Shown here piece after piece: positions 26,511 through 41,600 of a stretch of 64,000 nucleotides of DNA. Both the position numbers and the translations under genes were made by a program. The stretch is taken from assembly GCA_015680685.1 (NCBI GenBank), contig MNCI01000673.1:1-64000 (forward strand), written 5' to 3'. The DNA comes from Gnetum montanum (Eukaryota > Plantae > Gnetophyta). Positions within the stretch are counted from its first letter, which is position 1. Every line of letters begins with the position of its first letter. The notes beneath the pieces were generated by a model, which saw only the letters and a list, made by a program, of their open reading frames with translations, was not told where the DNA came from and did no database searches.

Positions 26511-29239
26511 CTAAAAAGAAGAGGTGGGTTGGATTGAAAATGCCCAAGTGCATGTGATGCTAAGCTGGTAGAGTTAGATCAAGCTAAGTAGAACCCAAAA
26601 ATGGTTCTACAAATAAGCTCTACACATTAATGTGGCAGAAAACACTCCCTTGATAAAAGATAAGTGAAGAGCTCAAAAACAAAAGCTCTACTATAAAGCC
26701 AAAACCTTCAAACAAGTTCAAAACACATAAGAATTTAATTATGGGCAAAAGGAATTCAAAGTTATGTGGGCAGAAATTCACTTAGATTGGTTATGATAGT
26801 TTAGGGTTCACACTGAACCTAAATGAATAATAAGCTTTGCGGTTAAACTAGTGAGGCCGTTCGTATAAAAATTTCCGTAGGCATGTGTCTTATGTATTTC
26901 CGTAGGTATAATAAGCTTTTGCCGTTTGTGTTATTATTTACCGACTTGAAATACATTATATGACTACGTCACTATATTTATGAGGTTCTTAATTGTTTTC
27001 CTAGATGACGGTGCTGTTAAAGATATTTGTGCAGGGTAAGTTACCTTATTTGGAGGGTAGGGTTAGGGTTTAGTCTGCATTTTTAAAGATAATCTCAGAA
27101 TTTTTCCCTTTTACCATTGAGTATTGGATCTCCTGATCATCTGTTAATGCTGTAAAGATAAAGCTGTTTCAGAAAGAAACAGCTTGCAGCAGCAGCAGCA
27201 TGGTTCAGAACTTATTCATAGTCTGTACAGCTGGCCCATGATCCACTCTCCAACTAGCATATATTGTCCATAAGCATTCTGTTTCTGGGTATGCGCCCTG
27301 GATTTGCCTCCACCTTGCTCGTGATAAACCCAAAGCAATGTGTGTACTGCCACGTGTTTTTTCAAAAAAAAAAAAATTTATGTCCATCTTCTGTAACACT
27401 CAGTTATTTGCAAGGCCTACGGGGTCCAGCCGTCCAGGGTAGCTGCTGGACGGAATGACAGATGAAAACAAAGGTGGTGGTGGTGGCTCGATCAAATTCT
27501 GATTGCCATTCCCGATGAAGTTAGGTAGCAACTGAGACTGTTTGCTTGCTCCTGGAGCAGCAGAAGTAGAAGAAGAAGAATTAGGGAAGGGATTATCTGT
27601 GATAGTTGACCTTTGGAGTTTGCAGAAGCCTTATGGTTATGGTTCCCAAATCCAACTCATATTGACGAAGATTCCCTCCTCAACCAGTTCAGGAAATGAT
27701 AATTTATGTGGACCATGGCACTGGGAGCTGATCACTGATCACATGGCTGGTCTCTATCAGACAAAATGCCTGAGACACGGTCTGAAGCATAAGACATTGA
27801 TATAACTTGTTTATGCACTCCACAGAAACCTATTTTTGTAGCCATGCACTGTATGTCTCCTTGCCACTGGACATTAGGCTGCAGGTTCGAATCCATTGTT
27901 CCTGTCTTTTATGTCTACTTTAGGAGTTTAGGTCATCGACAGCAGCAGAGAATTTGCAATACCCTGGATACGTGTATGCAGCAGCGTATTTTACTACAAC
28001 GAATTACCCCTAATCCATGATGTTTGGAATATGCTAGGTTTTGTCCTTTTCTTGTATCTAAATTAGCATCAGGTATAGTGTATGAAATTTTAATTCAGTT
28101 TTTTATATTTAATCATTGTCATAAATCCGTAGTCATTGGTGAAGGCAGCGGCCTATAATTCATATGGGTCCAAACGCATTTCTTTGGGTGGTGTTGCAAT
28201 AAAAAATGACATTTTAGTTTTTCAATTTTTAGAAAGCGAGGCTGACATATGAATGACGTGTATTTCTAGTTAATCATTTTTATTAGTTTTGGAAATTTCT
28301 GGGGAATCCCAATATGTAGGGTATCCACCTGTCAATCATTCAACCGTATTTGACGAAAATGCTCAAATCTATAATTTGTTCTAGTAATCACACTGTTCTT
28401 TTCTCTCCTGATAATCAGTAAGAAGGATGGCTTGGAGATGTGCAAAATCTGAAAATTTCTTTAAAGAAATACATCGTTTATTAATTGGACAAATTTTCTA
28501 AATTCAAAACCTAACCCTTTGTGGATAATGTAAGACTACCTAGAAAAATAATCCTTAATGTAAGAGTATTAAGAAAAATAGTCCTTCGGGTTTGATTGTG
28601 CCTGATCAAAGTGTGAAGACGTATCTGTGCACAATTACTGACGATGAAGTGCGTTGAAAGCTGAAGATTTCAAAGACCGTGGGTTTAAACCGCTGGCAAA
28701 AACAAACATTTTTATGGGATAAGTGCAAGAATAATTCCTATCAACATCAACATCAACGTGCAGCAAACAGGAAAAGCCGAAGAAAAAGCCTTTCAACTTT
28801 CAATGTAGCCCTTGAAAACTGCAAACTTGATGATGATCAGTTTTGGGTGATAAGAAATTTTGGAATTTGTTTGGGGTCGGTTTATATATGTATTACATAA
28901 TATTGAACAGTGTACGGAAACAGTGCGTGTGTCATGATAATCGGTTCAGATTTGGGGAGTGTGACTGACTGACTAGTGGCTTGGCACTGGCGCTGGCCCA
29001 ATGCAACGATTTGCTTGTGTTGTGTTGGGAAGAAAGAGAAGCAAAAGCCAGGCCAAGGAGGGCATCATCACCCTCATCCTCATCCTCCGATCATGTTCAT
29101 GTTCATTTGGTGTGGTGTTGTGTTTGACCATCTTGTCAAGTCAAGTCAAGTCAGTCCTTGCCTTCCATGACCGTGACCCCTGCTACTAAAGTATATGATA
29201 TGCCATGATGATGCTACGCACCCACAAGTCTTAAAATCA

Positions 29240-29515
29240 TAGATTGAGAAATCAGATCAGATCTGTAAATCGGGAACCATTTTTTATAAATCTGATCATG
29301 TAAAAATCGGATTAAAATCATCACCCATGTTAGTAGGGGCATTTTCCATTTCTTTTCCCTCATCTAAGAGATCAGTTAGAGAGTGAAAAATTAAATATTG
29401 AAATTTTAGTTTTTACCTGACATCAGAATTAACAATATACAATATATTAAACTTAAAAAATCAATAAAAATATAGCACTATTCATTACATCTGATCCGAT
29501 TTTGAATAGGCTTGA
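29240..29515. mobile_element. Possible MITE relic
   Basis: Inverted AAATCAGATCAGAT ... ATCTGATCCGATTTT ends with internal ATCGG/ATCTGA repeats; no clear TSD. Confidence 0.3.
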
Positions 29516-31169
29516 ATATTGCCTTGTGATTCATGGCAGATTTCTTGAACTACGTCTAAAATAGAAATGATAGCAGTGCAGCTTCTTATGTTGATTCTGC
29601 ATAATTCAATTCAATTCATGGTTTTGGGGAATGTTCCTCCTCCTCCTGCTGCATCATCTCATTTTGAAATTTGATAAGGAAGGCAGCCAGCCAGCCAACC
29701 GTGTTACGTGGCTCATGTGGTGCCTTATGCCTCATACTTGCCTCGGCTGGGCTAGGCGTGGGGATATTGAATGCGGTCTCTGAGCCAGCGCATCTCATTT
29801 CAATCTCATCTCATCATTTAAACTGTGTCTTTTGATTGAATGAATGAATGGTAGGCACGTAGTGGATTGACATCGAACCTGGGCTTGGCTCTTGCTGTTA
29901 GTCCTTGCATAATATTATTTAAGGTGACTTTCATTTTGGGGTTCACACAAGCTCTGCTGGGCCACTGCAAACTATTTCAAGATGTGAAAGTTACAGTAGA
30001 AAATACTTCATCCTGTGGGCAGAACCCCCCATTAACTTTGCTTTTATTGTTGAAAATGGAGCTATCCAATGGTAACATCTGGCAATGCGTTTAACCGGGC
30101 AACTGCTTTCATCTTATATGACATCCCCAGGCAGGGCAAGTCTCCTCCGTCAATCGTACATGAATGAAGCTCATTGCCCTGAAGACGATGATGATTTACA
30201 ACTTACAAGCCACAGCAATCAATGAGTTTCTGTTTTACAAAGCAATACAATCAATCAATTTCCGTTAGGGGTACCACGACATAGGCCTGCCCCTTACAAA
30301 CCTTCCTTTAATCAAGAGATCAGATTGTGTTTTCACCAGTCACAAGTCAAGGAGACAATATGTAAGATGGGTAAATATTTTAAAATAGGATTTGACACCT
30401 AAACTATGCATCTCTGATCTTTCTGAAGATGATTAGCGTATTCTTTTTCCTTCACGACTAAATATAATGTTAAAATGTATCTCTGGTCTTTTTGACAACC
30501 CAAATACTTAAAACTCATTCTTTTAGGAATACATATAATGTTATCGCTCATGTAATTACATGAATTATTTAGATACATTTTATTACAATTAATTAGTTTA
30601 TTGAATCACTACTACATTATGATGAGATATATATGAACTTCTGTCCAATAGATCTTATGGGTGTTTGCACACAATGAAACACCTCATTTGGGAATTAGAA
30701 ATAGTGTTATTTCTTAATTGATGAATTAAACTCTTATATAGACCCAAAAAGAATAAAACATGTTTATATCAATGATACTAATATTATCAAAAATTTATCA
30801 AAACAATTTCATAGGTTGAAGACACCTTCAAGACATGTTAAACAAGTCATACAAAGTTTACTTGTAGTTATCTTTAAATTCTTCTATAATTCATCTAGAG
30901 CATTATATTAGCTATATGTCTTGAAGTGTCCTTGTAATCAAATTGTTTACTTTTACTAACAAAATTACCAAGGATTATGCTAATCTGATACTATTATATT
31001 TTCTTTTTAAGTTCTTCTAAACTATCATATTGGTTATATATCTTGGGTGTACTTATAATCAAATTATTTCAAGTTGCTAATCTAACACCCACCAAAATTA
31101 TTTCAAGTTTCAAGACCCTTTTAAAAATTGCATTTATATCTACAAATATTTTTTATACAATATGATTTT

Positions 31170-33260
31170 TAAGAGAGAAAAGGTACTTAATACATATTAA
31201 GATGAAGCCAAGGTCCAATACAAGTACAAGATCAAATATTAGAGAAGAACCCACCAATGGTGTTAAGGATTACATAGAATAAAACACTCATCCTCTCTTG
31301 TATATAATTAGTCTACATCTTCATCTTCTTACTAAATATTTTTCTTTCTTTTAGTTTCAAACTCTAAGATGATGAGAGCAGGTGTTGAACCCAAAAAATA
31401 AAATGTATTATAATAAAAAATTCATATTACAACCATAGAGGAATATCAAAGAAAGGTGAAACTCCATCATAACATAAAAGGAAGGACCCAACAATTTTGG
31501 AGATCACTTTTCAAATCTGCATCCTTACAACCAATCCTTTAAAAATTCACATTTGGGATAAGGAAAGGATCAAATCTTACCCTTTTTTAGATGCATCCTA
31601 TCAATTTTTACTTTCTACTAAAAACTTCCTATAAACAAAAGGTAATCCATTAATTATACATGCAAAGAGATGAAAAAGACATAATGCCAAAGATGTAGAT
31701 GCTTAATAGCTCAAGGTTCATTATTAATCAGAAGACATCAAAGAGATAACTTGTCCAATATTGAAGCAAAAATTATGAAATTATTAAAGTCCAAAAAATC
31801 ACTAATAAAAATCCAAGGTTTTCAAATATGTTTTACAACAATAGAGCCTAACTTATACCTATAAACAAAAAATAATGAGATGTTAGCCTAGTAGTAAGAC
31901 TCTTCATTTAGAAGCTCCAAGTCATTAGTTTAATTTTGGTGGGTGATGTTGAGTTATAAAGTTCTAATTTCACTATATGTCTTGGGGTAAATAATGTTAA
32001 AAAATATTTTTTCTAACACCCTCCTCCTATACCTTTAGGGAAAAAATGTAGTTTATAACATAAGTATCTTTTCAATAAGCACTACTTTTAGGTTTATCCA
32101 TTTAGATGCACTTACAAAAAATAAGCTTCCAAGGCTCAATACCAATTCAAAACTTTACCACCTACTTGGTACATAATGCAATACCTTGTTTATAACAATT
32201 TACCAAGTTTGAACTACCATCCTCTTTGTAAGAACTATAAATATTCTAGGAAACAGAACAAAAACACTTTCTAGAATGGCTACTATTCCTAAAGGAATTT
32301 TTGCACAAGTTGCTGAGTGCAATGATATGCAATATTATTAGAAGGCTAATACAAGGAACATTATGCATGATTTCCTTATGTTTACAAATAATAAACTTTC
32401 CAAAATTATAAGCTTCTTGTCTTTTCACTTGTATAATGTTTTTTCAATTTTCTTAACTATAAACATCCTATAATTTTTTTAAGGATTTAGCAAAGTAAAA
32501 GGAAGTTCCTAATAGCTTGATGACATTTAATTTTTTCCCAAAAAAATTACATAAAGCCCAATCTTGGAATCCATTATTAGAAAAAATTAGAAGATTCTAA
32601 CCAATTAATCTAACTTCAAGATCTATTCTATTAATTAACATGATAAATATGATTTGGAATAGCTTTTTCATTTCTTTTTATAAAAAAAAGTCATTTGTAA
32701 AATGCATATTTAATAATTTTAGAACATTATTATCAATAAGTATGCTTGATAGCAAATTATATTCTTGATCTTTTTGAATAACATAACATAAAAAATCTCT
32801 AGCAAAGACAAAAAGATAGGGTGCAAGAGGACAACCTTGCTTGAACATGTGCTCAAGTTTAAAACTTTTAGTAACACCAATTTTTCTATCCATTTGCATA
32901 ATAGCATCAACAACAAAAAGTGTTGGCTATCCTAATAAATTTATCTTTAAAAATATATTTGCAAAGATAAATAATAATTAAATATCATTCAATCCTATCA
33001 TAGGCCTTAGCATAATCAATATTTAAAAATACAATGTCTTGATGAATTATATTCTTATCCTACTAATCAAATATTTGAACCTTCATGGATATTACTGTAT
33101 GTAAATATTTTTTCTTATCCATCAAGCTTACCCTTTTTATATACTTGTAATGGAATTATACCTTTCTTTAACAATTACTTTGCAATCTTAATAAGCTTGC
33201 AAACCTCCTATGAATCTATTATTACAAAGGATATATTAAGGCATGTGCTACGTGAAGGCA
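31170..33260 (-). mobile_element. L1-type LINE relic (ORF2 RT and C-terminal region)
   Basis: - strand IDYAKAYDR (~33020), KQGCPLAPYLF (ORF 32678-32899), HFTND (FADD box), YLGLP-like at ~32510. Confidence 0.85.
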
Positions 33261-33671
33261 CAAAAAATATATGTTCAAAGACTATGACATCAAGTGGATA
33301 ATCATTCATAAAATAATAATCAAGTCATTCATCTACCTTAAGGATTAATCCATGTTGATGGTATAAAGCCATTGAGATATTGAAGATGATGATGTTGATG
33401 GTATAAAGTCCTTCAAACTCTACATACTTAAATAATGGTAGGTTGTACAATGGTTGGGAATAAGTATTTGCAAATTTTCTACAACTAAGTATTTTCTTTC
33501 TTCTAGTTACTCTTTGCTACTTAAAAATCCTTAAAACACATGCAACTATTTGTGGTGTGCATCAATTCCATTTGTAGGTATGATAGAACTTCACTACTAA
33601 AATGAATAATATATTTGATATGATTGTAAAGTAAGATTACATGGGTTATGTTGTAGTGAAAAAGGATAGAA

Positions 33672-34520
33672 TATCATCATCATCATCCTACCTTTGTCCC
33701 AAGAAAATGAGGTTGCGTACATGATTTCTTTCTTCACTTATGTTTATTAAGAGTTAAATACTTATCTATATGTAATTTTTCTATATCGTCTTCATGATAT
33801 TTCTTTTAATGACCTCCTTCAAATTGTAAGATGACAAAGGATCATTATCTAATCTTCTTTAAAGATGACCAAATCATCTAAGATATCATTCATGTAGCTT
33901 ATTGGTCAATGAAGTGTTACTTAATTAGCTAGAACATCTACCTTATGGCATTACTAAGTTATAAAGTTCTACTTGAGCTATATGTCTTAGGGAAAAATAT
34001 TGTAAAAAAAAATGTTTCAAGTTTTGATATTCATAGGTTCAATTCCAACAAGCATGCTAATATGCTACATCATTGTGTACAAAGAAAGTTTTATTTTACT
34101 TATATATCCTTGGAGTACATATAGTCATTTAGTTTTGGTTTCGATAAGTACCTCCATTTCTATAACTTATTTATAATAGAACCCATTGAAGTCTTTCTAT
34201 AATGTTTTTATTATGTAGTTTAATTTTTTATAATATTTAATATTCATTTAAGCATTCACATTTTTGCTACATTAATTTGTTGCTCATGCCACTACCATAT
34301 AAAATAGTAGGTTGAATTATACTTTTGTAAAATTTTAATTTAGGTTTATTAAGATATTTGTCTTGCATAAAACACCATTAGCGTATTTCCATTTTAACTA
34401 TCCTACCTTAATTTTAATTCTTAAGTCCTTATCAATTTCACTATTTTATTAGAGCATTAATCTTAGTTGGTAAAATTGTTTACAATAAGGGACTTTTTGG
34501 CCTTGAATGTTTACTTATAT
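33672..34520 (-). mobile_element. RTE-clade LINE 3' fragment, interrupted at about 33910-34200
   Basis: FYKSIIQPTILYGS, MLK*I, LR*FGHL and (GAT)n tail similar to 15747. Confidence 0.75.
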
Positions 34521-35213
34521 TTTATTTGTTATTCATATTGAAGTAATTAACATAAAATTATATAAAATAATGCATACAGAAAAATCCTTCTTTTTAATCT
34601 GTATATTTAATTATTACTAATGTGAGGTGACTTAGCTACCTATTTCATTATTTAACAAGTATTAGTTAAGAAACAAGTTACATATTTAAGTCACACTTGA
34701 GGCACAATTTCATATTTTACTTAAGATATATGAAAATATTGTCCTTACTATATATCTTAGGGACATTTATAATAAAATAATTTTAGGTTATGGTAAACCT
34801 TTATAGGTTGTGTTATTAAGCATATCCACAAGTTTCTTGATCAAAAGGATTGTTTTAACCTTTTCATATTAAGGTTTGTAAATTGATTAAAGCAAGCAAC
34901 TTGCATATTCAAGTTACAAATTGGATTCTAATAGGCTAAATGTTAGGATACATAAGCATTATATATAATCAATAGATTACTTAATCTAAATGTTGATTAT
35001 CTATAGCATAAAACTTTAATTATTTGGGATTATAATAATAGTCTACTTGTTTTTTCATGGATCAATGACCATCTTATTTTTCCATTTTGATTGAAGCTTT
35101 CCCATACTATTATCAATTCTAATACTACTAGTTGGAAAAGATTCAATTATCTATGAAATGTCAATCATAATGTGCAATTGAAACTAGAAGATATAGAATG
35201 CTTTTACTCCTCC

Positions 35214-35222
35214 ATATATATA

Positions 35223-35254
<32 letters not shown>

Positions 35255-35259
35255 CGTAT
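35214..35259. repeat. Compound microsatellite (AT)n(ATGT)n
   Basis: Seen directly. Confidence 0.95.
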
Positions 35260-37865
35260 TTGAACAATCAAGATTTATCTATTAGTATTTATTGCTCTCA
35301 TTTGGGTATTCATGATCCTAGACTTTTTTTCAATATTGAAGACTTCTTCATCTACTATTGAAATTGTCTCCTTGCATGAAATCCTTTGTCTTGGTACAAC
35401 TTATATTTACATGGATTTCAATCAAGCTTGAATAAATTTTTATTTTCTTTATACTTGGATTTGCATTTGTCATATTATTTTTTATGTCATTTAAAAATTT
35501 CAATGTACTATAGTTTATCACAAAGCTTCTTTAGATAATTTTCTTCCTTATTAGTTTAAAATGATATCATTCAATAGTTCATGCTTCAAATGCATCCTTG
35601 AATGAATCCCTCTTCAATTTATTTTGTTTTTATTTTGTTTACTAGAAATCTTTAGGAGGAAGGAAAAACCTTAAAGGGTGCTTTTGAAAAAGGGAGGATT
35701 TTCTAGATCAATTGTAGGAATAAATACCTAAAAATGCATTAGCCCTTTTATTTATGATGTTCTATATTTTCACCTCCCTTTAGTGTTCTTCTACTATTGT
35801 ACTTTGATTTTTTCTTATTTTTAATGTAATTTATTTTTATGATTCAACACTACTTTAATAGATCCATAGGGTCTAGTTATAATTAAAATAGTTTCAATTT
35901 TAGGTAAAACATGTATCAATATCTACAAGGATTTGAAATTTTATTCCCTAAAGATATAGCCAACTAATTTTTCTAAGCTAGTGCTTTGTTAGCAAAATTG
36001 GTTTATCCAAAATTATATTTTCCTAATGTAGGTTTTTGAATTGCTTTCAACTTCTTTTATTGATGCTAAAAGTTCTTCTTTAGTTGGCATCTATGACGTC
36101 TATTTCTAGTTATGTTATTCCAACTAAGACATTTGATTTTTTTTCTTCTTAATAATGTGTACATATCTTTGGTTGTAGCTCTTAGATTACAATATTTATT
36201 TATTTAAATTTTAGATTACCTATATCATAATCTAAGTTTTACTTATTGCTAAATGATGTGATGCAAAAACACAACTTTCAACACACTTATATAAGATACT
36301 ATATTTATTTTTTAATGCTTGCTAAGCTAGCTAATGATTGGAGGATACAACTTACTGTTAATGCAAGGTAATTTATACATAATCATGTAATGTTAAATAC
36401 TTATAAGTAAACTTATATTTTTAATGTCCAATTTGAAGAATATTATAAAGTTCCATGTTTTATCAAGCTATTTAATCTTCTATTGATTTTTAAAAGAGAC
36501 GAATAACGAATTGTTAGTCTTCTTGGTATCATTTAGCATATAAAATCTCTTTCTATAATATTTGGTTCATGTAGAAGTTTATTTTAATCAACATTCTTAA
36601 TTGTAAATGAAATTTATATGGCAAACAAGTAGAAAGACATACATTTAGTCAATTACATATTATAATCTTCTAAACTCTTGAAACTTTTGTTATTGTGAAT
36701 GACATTTGGTTAATGCATATTCTGTTGTGCTCAAGAAAAAGGATATGCAAAAAATAAAAAATATGTTATAGTTTAGCATTACAAAAATATTTGAAGCTAA
36801 GAATACGAAAAATCAAGTTAATGTTAATGATAAAAATAATCAAATGACAAAGAAATAGAAAATAAAATATTGATGAGTTTGAGCAAATAACTCATAAGAT
36901 AAATTTTTCCTCAAATAATAAGAATAATGTTAACTCAAACTGCAAAATTAATGTTAACAAGTAGCTTATGAAATAATATGTGCGAACTAGCACAAGAAAA
37001 GTAAATGTATGATCAATTCTATCGTTTAACAAAAGAGACATTTAGTATCTATAAGAGCATGTAGTATAGTTTTGATAGGTAATCCATTTGAGCCAAAGAT
37101 CAATTCAGGAAGATATATTTTAGACATGACATAAATTTTCCAAATGTCTTTAATTTAAAGAACTAGTGTTAATTAAATTTTAAATTGGTAAACCTCTATT
37201 TTTCATTAAGATAATGAGTATTGAAGTGCTGCAGAATAAAGAACCTACAAATATATTTGTTGAAGAGATTCTTTAGATATTTTTCTTCATTAATATTCCA
37301 ACTATTTACCAAATAGGCTACATGTAGAGTAGAAGAATCTATGTCTAATAAAAATGACTAAGCTTAGGTAACAATGATATGTTGGGCATTACTAAAAGAA
37401 TGAAGTTGTAGATTATGATTGTGTTTGAGGATAAAAATTTTTGTACAATACAAGCCAGTAATAGTCATTTTATGAAAGTTTGAAGTAGACCAATGAGCTA
37501 GTCATGAGAGATTAAAAGGACAATTCCTTATACCAAAATTGAAAGAACTTCAAAATGATTGAGTTTCATTAAATTATCATCATATCTTTCAAATCTCACT
37601 AGTAGAATTAAAGCCTCCTAGATAAATTCATTTATTTTATTTTTTATATTTGTAAAACTTAATATTCATGTGAATTTAAGGTCATATACAATAATAATCT
37701 TCATCTTAAAAATTTAAGCACAAGACTAAATAATTATGCTTGAAACTTTCTTTAGCATATTTAGGAAGGTTGTTGAAACTTAGAACTTTTTTCTTAGGAC
37801 ATATACCCAACATAATATTTTGGTAGAACTTGGATTGAGTTTAAAATCATTTCAAGTTTAACTTA

Positions 37866-38629
37866 TGATGAGGATTCCAATACTCTAAGAACAAAATTGA
37901 AATCCCAATCTTCAAACTTGCAAGATGAATTACAATAAGAAATGAAAATAGTTCTTTCTTCTTGAAAAATCATGATATAATTACAAGGCTGAAAAAATTT
38001 TTCCAAAGTATTGATAAGGGCTTAAGAGAATCATACTCACAACCCCTCATACAATAGACAACCCACAATGGCTGAAAGCCTTCTAACATGAAACATAATG
38101 GAAGCCCAATTTGAGCTCAACCATTTCTTCTTAGCTCTCTTTCAAAATTATCTCACAATTCACTCCTCTATCCCCTCTTCAAATGAAAGGCTTGGATCCC
38201 ATCTTCCAAGTATTCCTATCTTCCCTCCTATTTGGAATTCAAATTGAAGTTTGTTAGAATTTGTATGAGACATCTTAAAGAAGTAGGAGATGTATTCCCC
38301 AAAATAGTCAAATCTTAGACAAGACATCTTGGAGTTAAGGGATATGTCTTAGATCAGTAGGATACATCTCTCTTAAGTTTTCATCAATCATAAGAGACAT
38401 CTTCCTTCATCATGATACATCTTGGCCTACCTAGAGATGTCTTAACAAAGAGAACTATAAAAGAATAAAACTCTTCCCAGAATTCGCACAAGTGTAATGT
38501 ACTTCCAATTACCTTCTCTTGTCTCTTGGACATGCATATCCATACAAAAATAGACACACCTAAGATATAAACAACACACACAAAAACATAGTTTATGGAT
38601 GTTACATGGGCTAGGTAATTTCCTCATCA
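37866..38629 (-). repeat. 3' LTR of element D
   Basis: Homologous to 43529-44336; perfect 8-bp terminal inverted repeat; PPT adjacent. Confidence 0.9.
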
Positions 38630-41600
38630 TCTCTCCCATCCTTAAATTTGAAACTTGTTTTAAGTTGGATAAACACTTGGGATAGCATTAAGCCCCCAAA
38701 AAGCCAAATTATTATCATGCATCCAAATTTCATTTTTTAGGCTCTTCATCATTCAAATGAATCATTTATTCATGCACCTTTTGATTCCTTATGCTCCTAG
38801 CTTTCCTTACTTACAACATAATAGATTCCCTTGGTGACTTAAATGGGCTTGGATTAGCAAGTACATTTTTAAGGATCTCTAAACTATCCTCCAAGTTAAA
38901 GGTGCACATCTTGCCATGGTAATGGCTTAAATCTTAGGCTCTCCTTGCCTAAATGAAGCCATGCATAATCTCCAACATCAAAGAACACCTTTCATTTTCC
39001 CAAGATCTTTGTAGTACCAACTTCTTTGTCCTTGCCTTCATGTTTTATCTTCACTTGCTTATGTAAGTCTTGCATTCCTTCACAAAATAATAGCTAACAT
39101 AAGCACAATCATAAAATTATTTCAAATCATAAGACATTTGAGAGGCATAGCCATAGTTTACCTCAAATGGGATATTCCCAATTCTAGGGTGATAAGAATT
39201 ATTGTAACTAAACTCATCATGTGATAAAAACTTTTCCCACCTATTGGGCTAATTCTCACAAAGATACCTCAAAATTTTAAGTAATGATTTATTTACAATT
39301 TTAGTTTGGCCATCAATTTGTGGATGATAGACACTAGAAAAAGATAATTTGGTACTCAAAATTTTTCATAGTGACCTTTAAAAATGACTTGTAAGTTTAA
39401 CATCTCTTTTACTTATAATGTTTGATGGAAGATCATGTAATCTTATGACATTTTGAAAATATAAGTGAGCAACATGAGATGTATCATTACTTCTTTTACA
39501 AGGAACAAAATGGACCATTTTAGTGAATTTATCAACAACAACAAAAATAAAATCATGACCATCTTGTATCTTGGGAATCCCACAAATAAAATCCATTGAA
39601 ACACTTTCCCATGAAGCATTAGAAATGGGTAAAGGTAAGTAATGTCTAGTAATACCTTTACCTCCCTAGAATTTTTGACAAACAACACACTCTCTAATAA
39701 ATTTATTTATGTCATTTCTTATACTTGGCTAATAGTAGCTCTTTCCCACAAGTTCATAAGTATTTTTCTTACCATTGTGTCCAACCATACTATAATTATG
39801 ATTTTCTTCCAAAATTTTTGACCCAAAATCATATTGTTTTATACATATTTTATTATGTTTGAAGACGATGCATTGTTGTAGATGATAGTCTCTTCACCTA
39901 TCCATTTTACTAAGTAATGGAGCCTAAAGATCCCTCTAAACCTCTTCAAAATTAGCATCACGAGAATACAAGTTAGGATTTCAAGTCGTTGTACTTGAGC
40001 ACAAGAGTGATTCACAACATGGATTCTTAAAAGAGCATTTGCTACTACATTTCTTTTCCCACTTCTATGTTTCAAAATGAAACTCTTGCAATTATTCTAC
40101 TAGTTTCATATGTTTAGTGCTTAATTTTTTTGAGAAATTAAAAATTAAAGTGTTCTATGATTAGTAGATAAAGAAACTATGATCCTAGTAATTAATCTCT
40201 CTAATGTTTAATGGCTTGAAGCATAGCATATAACTCCTTTTCATACACACTATAATTTTCTCTAGATTTATTTAATTTTTTGGAAAAAAAATGCAGTTGG
40301 CTTATCTTCTTGAGAGAGCACACCTCTACTAGCAAGCCCACTTACATCTACCTCAACTTTAAAAAGTTTTGAGAAGTATAGAAATTTCAAAACTAGAGCA
40401 ATACAATTTTTCTCTTTTAATTCTTGAAAAGATTTTTCTTTCTCATTATCCCACATAAAGGCTGAATTTTTCTTAAAAAAAGTGAGCATAGGACATGCAA
40501 TAAAACTAAAATTCATAATAAATCTCCTATAGAAGCCAACTAAACCAAGAAAGAATCTCATCTCTTCCACATTCGTAGGTGAAGACCATTCTTTGATTAT
40601 CTTGATCTTTCTTGATTCCATCTACTTGGTTCTTAGAGAGAACATGACCTAGGTAAACAATTTCTCCTTTCATGAAGTGGCATTTCTTGGAATTAATCAC
40701 CAATGCAACCTCTTGTAACTTGGAGCATATCATCTTCAAATATTATACATGGTCCTCTTCTTTAAAACTGTACACAAGCATGTCATCAAAGAAAATAATA
40801 CAACATTTACCAATAAAATCTCTTAAAACTTCATTCATGAGCCTCATAAATGTGGTTGGAGCATGGGTTAGTCCAAAAGGCATGACTAACCACTCATACA
40901 AGCCATCTGGTGTATTAAGGGTTGTCTTCAATTCATCTCCCAATCTAATCCTTATATGATGATAATAACTTTTTATATCAATTTTAGGAAAAATCTCAGC
41001 ATTGGCAAGCACATGAAGAATGTGATCCATCCTAGGAATAGGAAATCTATACTTGATAGTAATTATATTGATAACGCTAAAATCTATGCACATCCTTAGT
41101 TCATTATTATCTTTCTTTAGAACAAACATAGCTAGAATGACACAAGGAAAGATGGATTCCTTAACAAAACCATTAGAGGGTAATTCACTTTCTTGCTTAA
41201 TTCTCCCATTTGATTTGAAGTCATGTAATGGGCTCTTTCATTTGGAATTATAGCTCCTAGTATGAAGTCTATTTGGTGTTGTATGGATCTCATTGGTGAA
41301 AGACTGTCCAATTTTCCCTTGAAGACATCTACAAATTCCAATGCCAAAGATTGCACCACTAGAGGAAGTTCATTTGTAGTCTCCTCTTGACTTGTTGTAA
41401 GTGTTGACATGATAAAAAAAACCATGCCCAGCCTCTTCATGTTCTTGTAGGTACTCTTGCTCACCAAACAAGATCAATGAAGCATTAACAGGGATATTTT
41501 CCTTGTACTACTGCCAAGTCATAGGAATGAGTTCATGTATGTCATATTCTCTTAGGATAGACCAAACATTTCTTGTATCACTGAAATAAGCCATATTGAC

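Noticed and set aside
27057-27073. Interstitial telomere
   Set aside because: Only about two degenerate units; treated as a telo-box.
27884-27894. tRNA gene or SINE (GGTTCGAATCC B-box)
   Set aside because: No A-box, cloverleaf or tail recognisable.
29620-29800. miR166/miR171 precursor (GGGGAATGTT, GATATTG..GCGGT)
   Set aside because: Only partial star-like matches; no mature sequence or long hairpin.
34900-37800. Possible hAT or LINE coding relics
   Set aside because: Only scattered weak motifs in inconsistent order; cannot assign.
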